From Candidatus Saccharimonadota bacterium (GTDB lineage Bacteria > Patescibacteriota > Saccharimonadia > Saccharimonadales > UBA4665): 64,000 bases of DNA. The stretch lies in the NCBI GenBank assembly GCA_027365775.1, contig DAHXLX010000017.1:26351-90350 (forward strand), given 5' to 3'. The stretch's first letter is position 1. Each line of letters opens with the position of its first letter. Positions 55,579-64,000 of this stretch are shown here, piece by piece. The notes beneath the pieces are model-generated. The model saw nothing but the letters and a program-made list of their open reading frames with translations. It searched no databases and was not told where the DNA came from. The position numbers were made by a program, and so were the translations under genes.

Positions 55579-56919
55579 TTATCTTTCAGCAGCTATCAGC
55601 ACATTCCAAAGTGGTGAAATCTGATCTCTGAGCTGGTTGCTGAATGTTTTGCCGCAACCGCCCAGTACACCAAAACCCCAGATGTTATCTTTAAACATAT
55701 TCCGAGCTACATCGACGATTGCTTGCTTGTTTATAGCCTCTATGCGTGCTGGTATATTGTAATAATCCTCGATGATTCCGTCAAAAAAGTAACGTCCGGT
55801 ATAGCCGGCAGCGGTGCCGCCTACCGTTTGAGCCGACCGCTGGAACCGGCCCAAAGAATATTGCTTGGTGGATGCAATATCCTGCTCGTTGATACGACCA
55901 TCCATGACCTTGCTAAGTTCTGAAAATATAATGTTCATTAATGCCGGCGCATTTTTATCCGACACCTGTGCCCCGAACCACCAGTTACTGACTTCTCGCG
56001 TCTGTGACAGTCCTGAATTCATACCATAAACCAGCCCTCTTTCCCTCGCCGTGCCAAGAATCTTTGAATAAAGCGTCTCCGTCAGCATTGTGTTAACCAG
56101 ATTTAATGCATCAGCTTCGGGATCTTCAAGCCGCCGTTTCATGAAAGTATCTATATAGAAATACAGGTTTTCGACCGTCTTATTTCTAATATACGCTGCT
56201 TGGTGCATGAGTTTCGGATGTTCATGGGGCAATTTATAACGTCGTCCGTTGCGCGGCAACTCAATCATTTCCAATACGTTTTGGATATGCTCACGTCGTC
56301 TGGAACTAAGATCGCCGGCAATAACAAAACGCATATTTGGAGCCGTGTGGGTCCGCTGGTAATGTTCCTTTATGTCTTCGGCAGTAACGTTATGCATTAA
56401 CTTCAGTCGTTCGGAATCGGTTTTTACTAATAAACCGAATTGTTTGCGCATTTCCAGGCTTAGCCTCCGGAAATGGTTATTGGCTCTGGCAGCCATTTCT
56501 TCCTGAACATTGCCGAACTCGGCTCGAAACTCCTCTTCCAAAAATAAGGGTCTGGTTATGGCCACTAAAAGCAAATCGAAAACCCGATCCCATTCGAAAT
56601 CGGCACATTCCGCCTCGTATGTTATATCGTAAACGCTCGTCGATGCGTTTGAATAAGCACCATTTTTTTCCAATTCCGCCTGGAAATCCCGTGCACGCGG
56701 TATAAGTTCGTTTGCGCCTAAAACAACGTGCTCCATCAGATGTGGCACTTCCCATTTGTTCGGATCCACCAAAAACTCCCCGGCTCTGAAATTAACATCA
56801 AAGGTCATTACCGTTGCACCGGGTATATGAATTAACAAACCCTTGCCCCCATTACCCAAGGTTATCTCGGAAACGGTGTGTTTCATATGTCGTTGTCTAG
56901 TGCTTCCTTCGCTTTGCAA
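55579..56919 (-). CDS. M16 (pitrilysin/insulinase) family peptidase
   Basis: Inverted zinc motif HxxEH (HLMEH). Confidence 0.8.
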   Translation of the reverse strand: MQSEGSTRQRHMKHTVSEITLGNGGKGLLIHIPGATVMTFDVNFRAGEFLVDPNKWEVPHLMEHVVLGANELIPRARDFQAELEKNGAYSNASTSVYDITYEAECADFEWDRVFDLLLVAITRPLFLEEEFRAEFGNVQEEMAARANNHFRRLSLEMRKQFGLLVKTDSERLKLMHNVTAEDIKEHYQRTHTAPNMRFVIAGDLSSRRREHIQNVLEMIELPRNGRRYKLPHEHPKLMHQAAYIRNKTVENLYFYIDTFMKRRLEDPEADALNLVNTMLTETLYSKILGTARERGLVYGMNSGLSQTREVSNWWFGAQVSDKNAPALMNIIFSELSKVMDGRINEQDIASTKQYSLGRFQRSAQTVGGTAAGYTGRYFFDGIIEDYYNIPARIEAINKQAIVDVARNMFKDNIWGFGVLGGCGKTFSNQLRDQISPLWNVLIAAER

Positions 56920-59533
56920 CTGTTCTGCGTTTGCGTTCTGATTTGCGGGCTTTTTTACGGTTATTTGTACTTACTATCCGTTTTGAACCAGACTGTGGTA
57001 GCGGTTGAAGCGCAGCTTTGCTGGACACTTTTTGAAAATCTTCTTCATGGAACTCTTCTTGATTCTTTACAATTTGACCGGAATTCTCAATCGAACCCCT
57101 GGCCGCTCGTGTCAGCGGCGTTTCAACCGGTCGGTCCAATTGACCGACATCAACCGGATAAGTATTGAACAGTGTTCGGATCACCATATGCGTCAGATTA
57201 AGTTGCATAGCATCAAATAACAGTTGGCCTTGACGGCGGTATTCAACTAACGGGTCTTGTTGGCCGACACCCATCCAATGGATTCCCTCTCTAAGGTGAT
57301 CCATATTTTCCAGGTGCTGCATCCAAAGTTCATCCAGCACTTGCAGGTATATATCTCTTTCCAAGCGCCGCATGAAATCTTTACCAAAAGCAACTTCTCG
57401 AGTTGAATATAATTCTTTCGCTTCGCTCAACAGCACAAGATTGAACTTGTCCGCATCGGTGTCGAACAAACGATCAAGCGTCGGTTCGTCAAAAGGGAAT
57501 ACTTCCTTAATTTTATCTTCGAAATCTTCGGATAATAAGTCAGGGGAACTGGCCAAAGCCTTAACCTCGTCTTCTATTAATGCCTTGATCCGTTTATTAA
57601 TATTTTCGGCTTTAAGTATTTCCCGACGCATACTGTAGACCGCTTTTCGGTGCCGGTTCATGACATCGTCATATTGCACAACCGTTTTCCGTTGGTCGAA
57701 ATTGTAACCTTCAACTCGTTCTTGAGCCTTTTCAAGCGATCTGGATATAATCCGGTTTTCGATCGGAGTATCGGCATCGGCACCTAATCGACTCATGATT
57801 GAACCGATTCTTTCGCCACCGAATATGCGCATCAGATCATCTTCGGTACTGACAAAAAACTGGGTGACGCCAGGATCGCCCTGCCGGCCGGATCGGCCTC
57901 GAAGCTGATTATCTATCCGTCTTGATTCATGACGTTCGGATCCTAGCACAAACAGACCGCCCAGCTGTTTAACTTCATCCGACAGTACGATGTCAGTACC
58001 CCGACCGGCTATGTTAGTAGCTAAGGTGACTGACCCCTTTTCACCGGCTTTAGCAATAATTGCCGCTTCGCGTTCATTATTTTTAGCATTCATCATCTGG
58101 TGTGGTATGTTCGCCTTACGCAAAAGCGTACTAAGCAGCTCGTTTTTTTCGATGGACGCCGTACCAAGTAGCACTGGTTGACCTTTTGCGTGCAACATCT
58201 GCACTTCCCTTGTTATGGCACGGAATTTGGCTGCTTCGCTACGGTATATTCTGTCCGGCCGATCAATCCGAACGATTGGCTTGTTTGGTGGAATCTCGAC
58301 AACATTGAGCTTATAGATCTGGTGGAACTCTTCACTTTCCGTAGCAGCCGTACCGGTCATACCGGAAAGTTTGTCATATAGACGGAAATAATTCTGAAAG
58401 GATATGCTTGCCAGGGTCATTGATTCTTCCTGTACTTCAACTCCTTCTTTGGCTTCTATAGCTTGATGTAAGCCCTCGTTATAACGTCGACCCGGCAGCA
58501 ATCTACCAGTAAATTCATCTACGATAATAACTTCCCCGTCCTTACTTACCACATAATCCTTGTCGAGCTTGAACAGCGCCTGAGCGCGTAATGCCTGCTG
58601 AAGATGGTAAATGATTCTAATATTCTCCGAGGCATATAAGTTTGAAATACCAAGGGCTTTTTCAAGTTTGTCAACCCCCTGATCAGTCAAAATAACCTGC
58701 CGACGTTTTTCGTCAGTTTCATAATCAATATCTTTTTTAAGCGGACGAACGATTTTAGCAAATTGCGCATAGGCGGTACCGCTGGTAACGCTCGGGGCAC
58801 TGATGATCAATGGCGTTCTCGCCTCATCGATCAGGATTGAGTCTACTTCATCTACAATGGCAAAGTTTAAGTCTCGCTGACGCAATTGGTCAACTTCTCT
58901 GACCATATTGTCCCGCAGATAGTCGAAGCCAAATTCATTGTTTGTGCCATAAGTCACGTCGGCCGCATAAGCAGCCTGACGGGAACATTCTTTCAGATGT
59001 CGCATACGAGGATCATCATGATCTTTATTTTCATAGTCTGGATCATACAGAAATGATCGTTCTGCCATAATCACGCCTACGCTCATACCCAAAAAGTGAT
59101 AAATTTGGCCCATCCAGCCAGCATCCCGCTGCGCCAGATAATCATTGACCGTAACTACGTGGACACCTTTTTCGGTCAGTGCATTAAGATATACCGGAGC
59201 TGTGGCCACCAGAGTTTTGCCTTCGCCGGTCTTCATTTCGGCGACACTGCCTTCGTGCAGTACGATACCGCCAATCAACTGCACATCAAAGTGCCGCTGT
59301 CCAAGCGTACGGGTAGCCGCCTCTCTGACTATTGCAAACGCATCCGGTAGAATATCATCCAGAGTTTCCTTAGTTAATCTTTTCTTTAATGTGTCGGTTT
59401 GTGCCTTCAGTTCGGCGTCCGACATTTTTGCATACTTATCGGCCAACTGGTTGATGAAAACAACGCGTTTTTTCAGACGCTTGATGGTTTTTGCTTGTGG
59501 ATCACCTAATATCTTTTTAAAGACAACGTGCAT
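56897..59533 (-). CDS. secA: preprotein translocase ATPase SecA
   Basis: MKTGEGKTLV (Walker A), DEVDSILIDEARTPLIIS and TNIAGRGTDI motifs, with a basic C-terminal tail. Confidence 0.95.
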   Translation of the reverse strand: MHVVFKKILGDPQAKTIKRLKKRVVFINQLADKYAKMSDAELKAQTDTLKKRLTKETLDDILPDAFAIVREAATRTLGQRHFDVQLIGGIVLHEGSVAEMKTGEGKTLVATAPVYLNALTEKGVHVVTVNDYLAQRDAGWMGQIYHFLGMSVGVIMAERSFLYDPDYENKDHDDPRMRHLKECSRQAAYAADVTYGTNNEFGFDYLRDNMVREVDQLRQRDLNFAIVDEVDSILIDEARTPLIISAPSVTSGTAYAQFAKIVRPLKKDIDYETDEKRRQVILTDQGVDKLEKALGISNLYASENIRIIYHLQQALRAQALFKLDKDYVVSKDGEVIIVDEFTGRLLPGRRYNEGLHQAIEAKEGVEVQEESMTLASISFQNYFRLYDKLSGMTGTAATESEEFHQIYKLNVVEIPPNKPIVRIDRPDRIYRSEAAKFRAITREVQMLHAKGQPVLLGTASIEKNELLSTLLRKANIPHQMMNAKNNEREAAIIAKAGEKGSVTLATNIAGRGTDIVLSDEVKQLGGLFVLGSERHESRRIDNQLRGRSGRQGDPGVTQFFVSTEDDLMRIFGGERIGSIMSRLGADADTPIENRIISRSLEKAQERVEGYNFDQRKTVVQYDDVMNRHRKAVYSMRREILKAENINKRIKALIEDEVKALASSPDLLSEDFEDKIKEVFPFDEPTLDRLFDTDADKFNLVLLSEAKELYSTREVAFGKDFMRRLERDIYLQVLDELWMQHLENMDHLREGIHWMGVGQQDPLVEYRRQGQLLFDAMQLNLTHMVIRTLFNTYPVDVGQLDRPVETPLTRAARGSIENSGQIVKNQEEFHEEDFQKVSSKAALQPLPQSGSKRIVSTNNRKKARKSERKRRTVAKRRKH

Positions 59534-59640
59534 ATATGCTTTGAGCTACTCCAATACCGTTAACTAACGGTCAAATTTTTTTCTTAACCAATTATACAAG
59601 ACGATAAACTAAATGCGATAGGGATTAGTAAAGTTTTGGC

Positions 59641-59997
59641 TCAAAACTGGAAACGAACTCGGCCCAAAAGATGTCGTTCTTTACGACCACCTTGATGGAG
59701 ATCTTTATACTTCTTAAGGGCCAACTTAAGTTTTTCTTCTACAATATCCACAGCCGCAAACATATTGATGGTACTTTCTTTGATCCTGATTGATTCTTTT
59801 GGTAAATGCACAACAACTTCGCACTCACATTGTTTGCCGCCATGAGTTTTTGTTTCTGTGAGATAAACTTCAGCGTGAGCACTGCTGCGGACTTTCGATG
59901 GGATATATTTATTCAACCGGCTCATTTTTTTGGTGATATATTTCTTTAAATTCTCATCGATGTCGAAATGTATTCCTTGTATATCAAGATTCTGCAC
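59641..59997 (-). CDS. hpf: ribosome hibernation factor (short HPF/RaiA family)
   Basis: The S30EA pattern (IQGIHFDIDENLKKYITKKMSRLNKY ... VDIVEEKL). Confidence 0.85.
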   Translation of the reverse strand: MQNLDIQGIHFDIDENLKKYITKKMSRLNKYIPSKVRSSAHAEVYLTETKTHGGKQCECEVVVHLPKESIRIKESTINMFAAVDIVEEKLKLALKKYKDLHQGGRKERHLLGRVRFQF

Positions 59998-60069
59998 TTT
60001 GCCCTCCTGTTATGGTTGCGACTTAGTATATTCGCCCCACCTGATATTTTAGCTTATTTTTTTTAAATT

Positions 60070-61365
60070 TTATATCTGTTCCTGATCCAAATAAGGACGT
60101 ATTGCCTGCGGAGTCTTGATATAACCCTCGGCTGTCTGGTTGTTTTCCATGATGGCCGCCATAATTCGACCCAGTGCAAAGGCAGTAGCATCATTGGTAT
60201 GTATAAAATCAATTTCCCCCGTTTTACGCCTGAGCCTAATCTTTAAGTCACGACTCTGGTAATCGGTCATAAAATCTGCCGTATGCGTCTCTCGATACGT
60301 AGCCTGCGATGGAAACCATACATTAATATCTACACCTCTTGCGTTAGGTTTACCAATGTCCGCCGTACATTTTTGAATTAGCTGGTATGCTAATCCTAGT
60401 TCACTGACCAGGTACTCCTGAATGGCAATCAATAATTTGTGTTCGTCCAATCCGGTCTCGGGGGTGCTCAATACTTCCATTTCTAGTTTATCAAACTGGT
60501 GCATCCTGAGGATACCATCCATATCCTTACCGTAAGTACCGGCTTCGCGACGAAAACTGGTAGAGTAGCCTAACATCCTAATCGGCAAATCCTGTTCGTC
60601 TATTATTTCGTCCATATACATCGTACAAAGAGTATGTTCGGCACTAGCATTCAGCCACAAATCGTCCTGTTCGATTTTGTATGTCATTTCCTCGGCGTTG
60701 AGACGAGCACTGGCCTGATACGGTCCGGTTCTAAGCATTGCCGGTGGAATTACCGGAATAAACGGCCGGTTGTCAAGTTTAAGATTGTTTGTTTCGACGA
60801 TTTTGGCTATAACCGATCTGTCGGTTAACCTGCTGATAACAAAGCTGATGATTGCAAATTGCAATTTAACCAAATCCGATTTCAGGTACGTGAACCGACT
60901 TCCTGCAATCTTTGCCGCCCGGGCTTTATCGATGAAGCCTCTCTGCTCGCCAATTACTTGATGCGCCTTGGGCTCAAACGCAAAAGTTGGTTTGTCGCCC
61001 ACGGTCTTGACAACCACATTGTCATCCTCACTAGAACCAACCGGCACATCTTCATATGGCATATTCGGCACTTGCTTCAGTGCTGCGCTAAATTCCTTCT
61101 CGGCAGTATCTAGCTGATCCTCGATAACGGATAATTGTTGCTTAAGCTGCTTGCCCAACGTCTGTTCCGCCTCATCGGGAAGACGGCCCTTGATCTTTTC
61201 ATTATGTTCGTTCCGCCGACGTCTTAAACTGTCGGCTTCACTTAATAACCGACGCCTTTGATCATCTTTAGCAAGAAGGTCATTAATATCCACCGGATAG
61301 CCTTTTTGGGCGGATTTTTCGGCTACTTTGTCTCTATTCTCCCTTATATATTGGATATCTAGCAT
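60070..61365 (-). CDS. serS: serine--tRNA ligase
   Basis: N-terminal coiled-coil arm (MLDIQYIRENRDKV) and class II motifs (FRREAG, TADIG). Confidence 0.95.
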   Translation of the reverse strand: MLDIQYIRENRDKVAEKSAQKGYPVDINDLLAKDDQRRRLLSEADSLRRRRNEHNEKIKGRLPDEAEQTLGKQLKQQLSVIEDQLDTAEKEFSAALKQVPNMPYEDVPVGSSEDDNVVVKTVGDKPTFAFEPKAHQVIGEQRGFIDKARAAKIAGSRFTYLKSDLVKLQFAIISFVISRLTDRSVIAKIVETNNLKLDNRPFIPVIPPAMLRTGPYQASARLNAEEMTYKIEQDDLWLNASAEHTLCTMYMDEIIDEQDLPIRMLGYSTSFRREAGTYGKDMDGILRMHQFDKLEMEVLSTPETGLDEHKLLIAIQEYLVSELGLAYQLIQKCTADIGKPNARGVDINVWFPSQATYRETHTADFMTDYQSRDLKIRLRRKTGEIDFIHTNDATAFALGRIMAAIMENNQTAEGYIKTPQAIRPYLDQEQI

Positions 61366-61374
61366 TAAACCCCC

Positions 61375-62211
61375 CTAGGACACTGAAGCCATTTTATCGC
61401 TGTCAGATTTATCGATAGCTGCCAAGGTAAGCTCCGTACGTTGACGGGCATAAGTGCAAAACTCGCATAATCCCCCCATCGCAGAAGAGCCGACAGGCGG
61501 GATGTTTTCGCTGTCTAGACACTGTTTTAGCTTGACTAAAGTGGGCTCCACCCAACTATCATCACCTTTGTATGGAATTAGTTTGGTTCTAAATTCAATT
61601 TTATCGAAGAAACCGTCCGCATCCAGTCGACCATTGGTATATACAAAGTAGCCGGTATCGGCGACCTTTAACCCATTTCGCCTGAGCAGCCACTGGTAAA
61701 CCTCAAGCTGGCGTTTATAACTGATTTGCCAATCGCTATCAATATCTACATCTTTATCCTTGGCAGTCGCTTTATAATCCACGACTACCGCCAATTTATT
61801 GGAATCAATCCATAGATCATCGATCGCACCATAGACCCATAGGTTAGTTGGCTTGTGTAATACCGACACGCCAGTGAAATTTTGCCGCCAATCGTCTAGT
61901 TTATCGTGCTGCATAGGTATAGCATCAACTGAGAATTCCAGCATTAACGGATGCGGCTCGCCTTTTATCCGGTATTGATCAAACTCTTTTTTAAAGAGTT
62001 CGTCAATCGCTTTATTGATGGTAAATGGCGGACTGCTGGGTCGCACGATGTGAAATCGGGCATCAAGCCAGAAACAACGCGGACATTGCATAAACAACTC
62101 TATCTTGCTTCGTGATATCTTGTAAGGCATTGTCTGACCGGGCTTGTATGATGAACGGTGATAATTGTTTGTCGCCATGATTACTCTCATTGTACCAGTC
62201 TTTAGGCTCAT
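61375..62211 (-). CDS. PD-(D/E)XK nuclease family protein with Cas4-like Cys cluster
   Basis: N-terminal CPRC, the GAIDDLW...VVDYK nuclease core and a C-terminal C...CEFC. Confidence 0.62.
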   Translation of the reverse strand: MSLKTGTMRVIMATNNYHRSSYKPGQTMPYKISRSKIELFMQCPRCFWLDARFHIVRPSSPPFTINKAIDELFKKEFDQYRIKGEPHPLMLEFSVDAIPMQHDKLDDWRQNFTGVSVLHKPTNLWVYGAIDDLWIDSNKLAVVVDYKATAKDKDVDIDSDWQISYKRQLEVYQWLLRRNGLKVADTGYFVYTNGRLDADGFFDKIEFRTKLIPYKGDDSWVEPTLVKLKQCLDSENIPPVGSSAMGGLCEFCTYARQRTELTLAAIDKSDSDKMASVS

Positions 62212-62379
62212 ACGACGGTACTGATTATGGATTTACTGCAACCGTCGTTACAATATAACCCATATATCATGCTTCTATAATATGCTTTAACGGCTAAACT
62301 TTAATTATGCTTAATCGTAAAAATGTCATTCAAACCAAACTATCGATTTTATTTATGATAACAACTCAAGGCACTAACA

Positions 62380-63420
62380 ATGGCCGCTAGACGCGCACAG
62401 CTGCATTATTTACTGACCATTTTCGGACTGGCCGGTTTTATTATGATTATATTATTATATCAACACCAGTTCGAAAGCTTCTGGCACGATTATCGATTAC
62501 TTCGTTGGTACATGATCTTAGTTGTCATAGCAGTATTGTTGGGCAGCTATCTGGCCAATTCAATCTGTTATCGATCAACTCTAAAAATGTTTAATCGTAA
62601 AGTTAAAATTAGTCATTTGTTCGGTGCTGGATTAGCGGCAAATTTCGTCAATTATATACTCCCCTCAGCCGGATTAGCTGGAACGGGATATTTTTCACAA
62701 GCTTTGTCGCCGGATGTGGCACGAGGTGAAAGCGTTTTGACTCAATTGACTCATTATGCGTTGAGTGCATTAGCATTAATCGTAACCGCTCCGTTAGGAT
62801 TGGCGTTAATAATACTAAATAGCAGCGCCAATCGAGCTATTGTTCGTCCGACAGTTTTTTCGGCAGCCGGCATCTTTATGTTTACTGCTATACTCATCGC
62901 ATTCATCGAACAGGAAAAAAAATTACGCCAATCATCTGCCTGGTTAGATAAAAAAATCAGCTCTATATTAACGAAACTCGGCGGCAAAGAAATATCAACC
63001 GAGAAATTCCTTAATGATTTTTACCAGGGTTACCGTGTGTTGACTAGTAAAAAAATACAACTTCTAAAGCCCTTTGCCTGGACCGTGATTTATGTGATGG
63101 TTGAATGGCTGTCGTTTTATTTAGTGTTTGCAGCATTCGACCGATATGTAAATCCCGGAATAATTATTATGTTCTATTTTTTCTCCAGCATTGCCAGTAT
63201 TGTAGGTGGCAATCTTTTCAGTCTGGGAATATATGAACTTGGATCAGCCGGTATATTGGTTGTACTTGGCGTACCGTTTGCCTTAGCCTTAGCGGTAAAT
63301 GTCACATATCGGGTTTTAAGTATTGCCACCGGAATTCCTTTAGGCTTCTACTACTATCGACGGTATTTACCGCGTACTTTGCGCACCGGTACTCCGATCA
63401 CCGAAGAGTCAAATAAATGA
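62380..63420 (+). CDS. UPF0104 / flippase-like membrane protein (second paralog)
   Basis: About 8 TM segments. The architecture is similar to 45270-46331. Confidence 0.6.
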   Translation: MAARRAQLHYLLTIFGLAGFIMIILLYQHQFESFWHDYRLLRWYMILVVIAVLLGSYLANSICYRSTLKMFNRKVKISHLFGAGLAANFVNYILPSAGLAGTGYFSQALSPDVARGESVLTQLTHYALSALALIVTAPLGLALIILNSSANRAIVRPTVFSAAGIFMFTAILIAFIEQEKKLRQSSAWLDKKISSILTKLGGKEISTEKFLNDFYQGYRVLTSKKIQLLKPFAWTVIYVMVEWLSFYLVFAAFDRYVNPGIIIMFYFFSSIASIVGGNLFSLGIYELGSAGILVVLGVPFALALAVNVTYRVLSIATGIPLGFYYYRRYLPRTLRTGTPITEESNK

Positions 63421-63427
63421 TTCAGTA

Positions 63428-64000
63428 TCACCGTCCCCATTCGGTAAGTACTTTTTCTAGCTGTTGTGGCGTACGTACTACCACCATGGGGGCATATGAA
63501 GCCAGGAGAACGTCGCTATTATAGCCCCAGGCAACCGCCGCACAAGGCATGCCTAGGCGTTTGGCTGCTTCAATGTCTCTTACTTCGTCGCCAACATAGA
63601 TTGCGGATGATGGATCCAGCCGTTCGTGCTTTAAGACTCTCTTAATCACTTTATCTTTTTCCAGCAACCCTACGCCACCATAAATACGGTTAAAATACGA
63701 TTCCAGATTTTTTTCTTTTAAGAAACGTTCAACGTTTGATCTACTATTAGTGCTGACAATGTAAAGCTGAAACCGGTTTTGTTTTAGGGTCCGTAGCACT
63801 TCTTCAAGACCGGGAAACACTGGAACTTGTTTAATGCGATCGGCCATCAACCGCCGGCCGCGTTGTAATAGCCAAAGCAGCTTCCACTTGGAAATTTTCA
63901 AACCTTTCAGGGCCTGAGCCAGCCCGACATTGTTATCACGCATCCACTTAACCTTATCTAAATCCGCCAATTGATCCAATTTCGTCAGTTGATAGGCTAT
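63428..64000 (-). CDS. HAD-superfamily hydrolase, N-terminus outside the window
   Basis: HAD motifs II to IV (YIVSTNS; K...; YVGDEVRDIEAA) are present. The frame stays open past the listed TTG at 63979 to the window edge, and the DxD motif I is not yet seen. Confidence 0.75.
   Translation of the reverse strand: MAYQLTKLDQLADLDKVKWMRDNNVGLAQALKGLKISKWKLLWLLQRGRRLMADRIKQVPVFPGLEEVLRTLKQNRFQLYIVSTNSRSNVERFLKEKNLESYFNRIYGGVGLLEKDKVIKRVLKHERLDPSSAIYVGDEVRDIEAAKRLGMPCAAVAWGYNSDVLLASYAPMVVVRTPQQLEKVLTEWGR

Noticed and set aside
59534-59640. The hairpin ACCGTT-AACT-AACGGT between hpf and secA, considered as a terminator.
   Set aside because: The T-tract follows it only on the plus strand, where no gene is transcribed. 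On the operon strand it is followed by non-T sequence. A TGTATAAT extended -10 element nearby suggests that this spacer is mainly the secA promoter region.
1-64000. The many 60-110-aa ORFs in the track that lie inside, antisense to or out of frame with larger conserved genes (for example 93-356, 1628-2307, 18478-19092, 22263-22613, 28781-29092, 48589-49057, 53860-54468 and 57005-59567).
   Set aside because: They are shadow ORFs of the recognised genes, with no independent motif or translation signal and skewed composition.
1-64000. An alternative genetic code with UGA reassigned, as in some CPR lineages.
   Set aside because: Conserved genes close on TGA at expected lengths, no conserved gene is interrupted by an in-frame TGA, and RF2 is encoded.

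Overview
The window is a contiguous, gene-dense chromosomal segment with about 60 CDS and 2 tRNAs, and no rRNA or CRISPR array. Gene content suggests a small-genome, monoderm-type CPR/Patescibacteria (Saccharibacteria-like) bacterium. That call rests on a sortase, a PEGA protein, DUF3048, a sigma-region-4/HARE-HTH protein, a reduced dcw cluster and many receiver-only response regulators; it is an inference, not a database result. The genetic code is standard: ORFs end in TGA and RF2 is present. Promoters are sigma70-like (TTGACA-N17-TATAAT) and Shine-Dalgarno sites are GGAGG-type. Housekeeping genes recognised from motifs are gltX, der, pth, topA, mraZ-rsmH-ftsL-ftsI-mraY-ftsW-murG-ftsQ, glyQS, recO, xseAB, rpmA, pyrG, ftsEX, prfB, secA, hpf and serS. 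The best candidates for something new: (1) An AT-rich ~5.6 kb island (11343-16929) sits next to tRNA-Glu(CUC). It carries a large serine recombinase whose ORF reads antisense through the tRNA, an 11-bp repeat of the tRNA 3' end at its far border, and membrane/secreted cargo of unknown function. (2) An orphan ~340-nt structured RNA candidate (22582-22924, minus strand) has a consensus promoter and an intrinsic terminator, but I found no tmRNA, RNase P or SRP motifs in it. (3) A 560-bp AT-rich non-coding block lies between convergent genes, bracketed by a perfect 21-bp direct repeat (26820/27401). (4) A 'fossil' two-component pair (41355-42488) has Glu in place of both the kinase His and the receiver Asp. 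All coordinates, translations and motif matches were done by eye and need computational confirmation.
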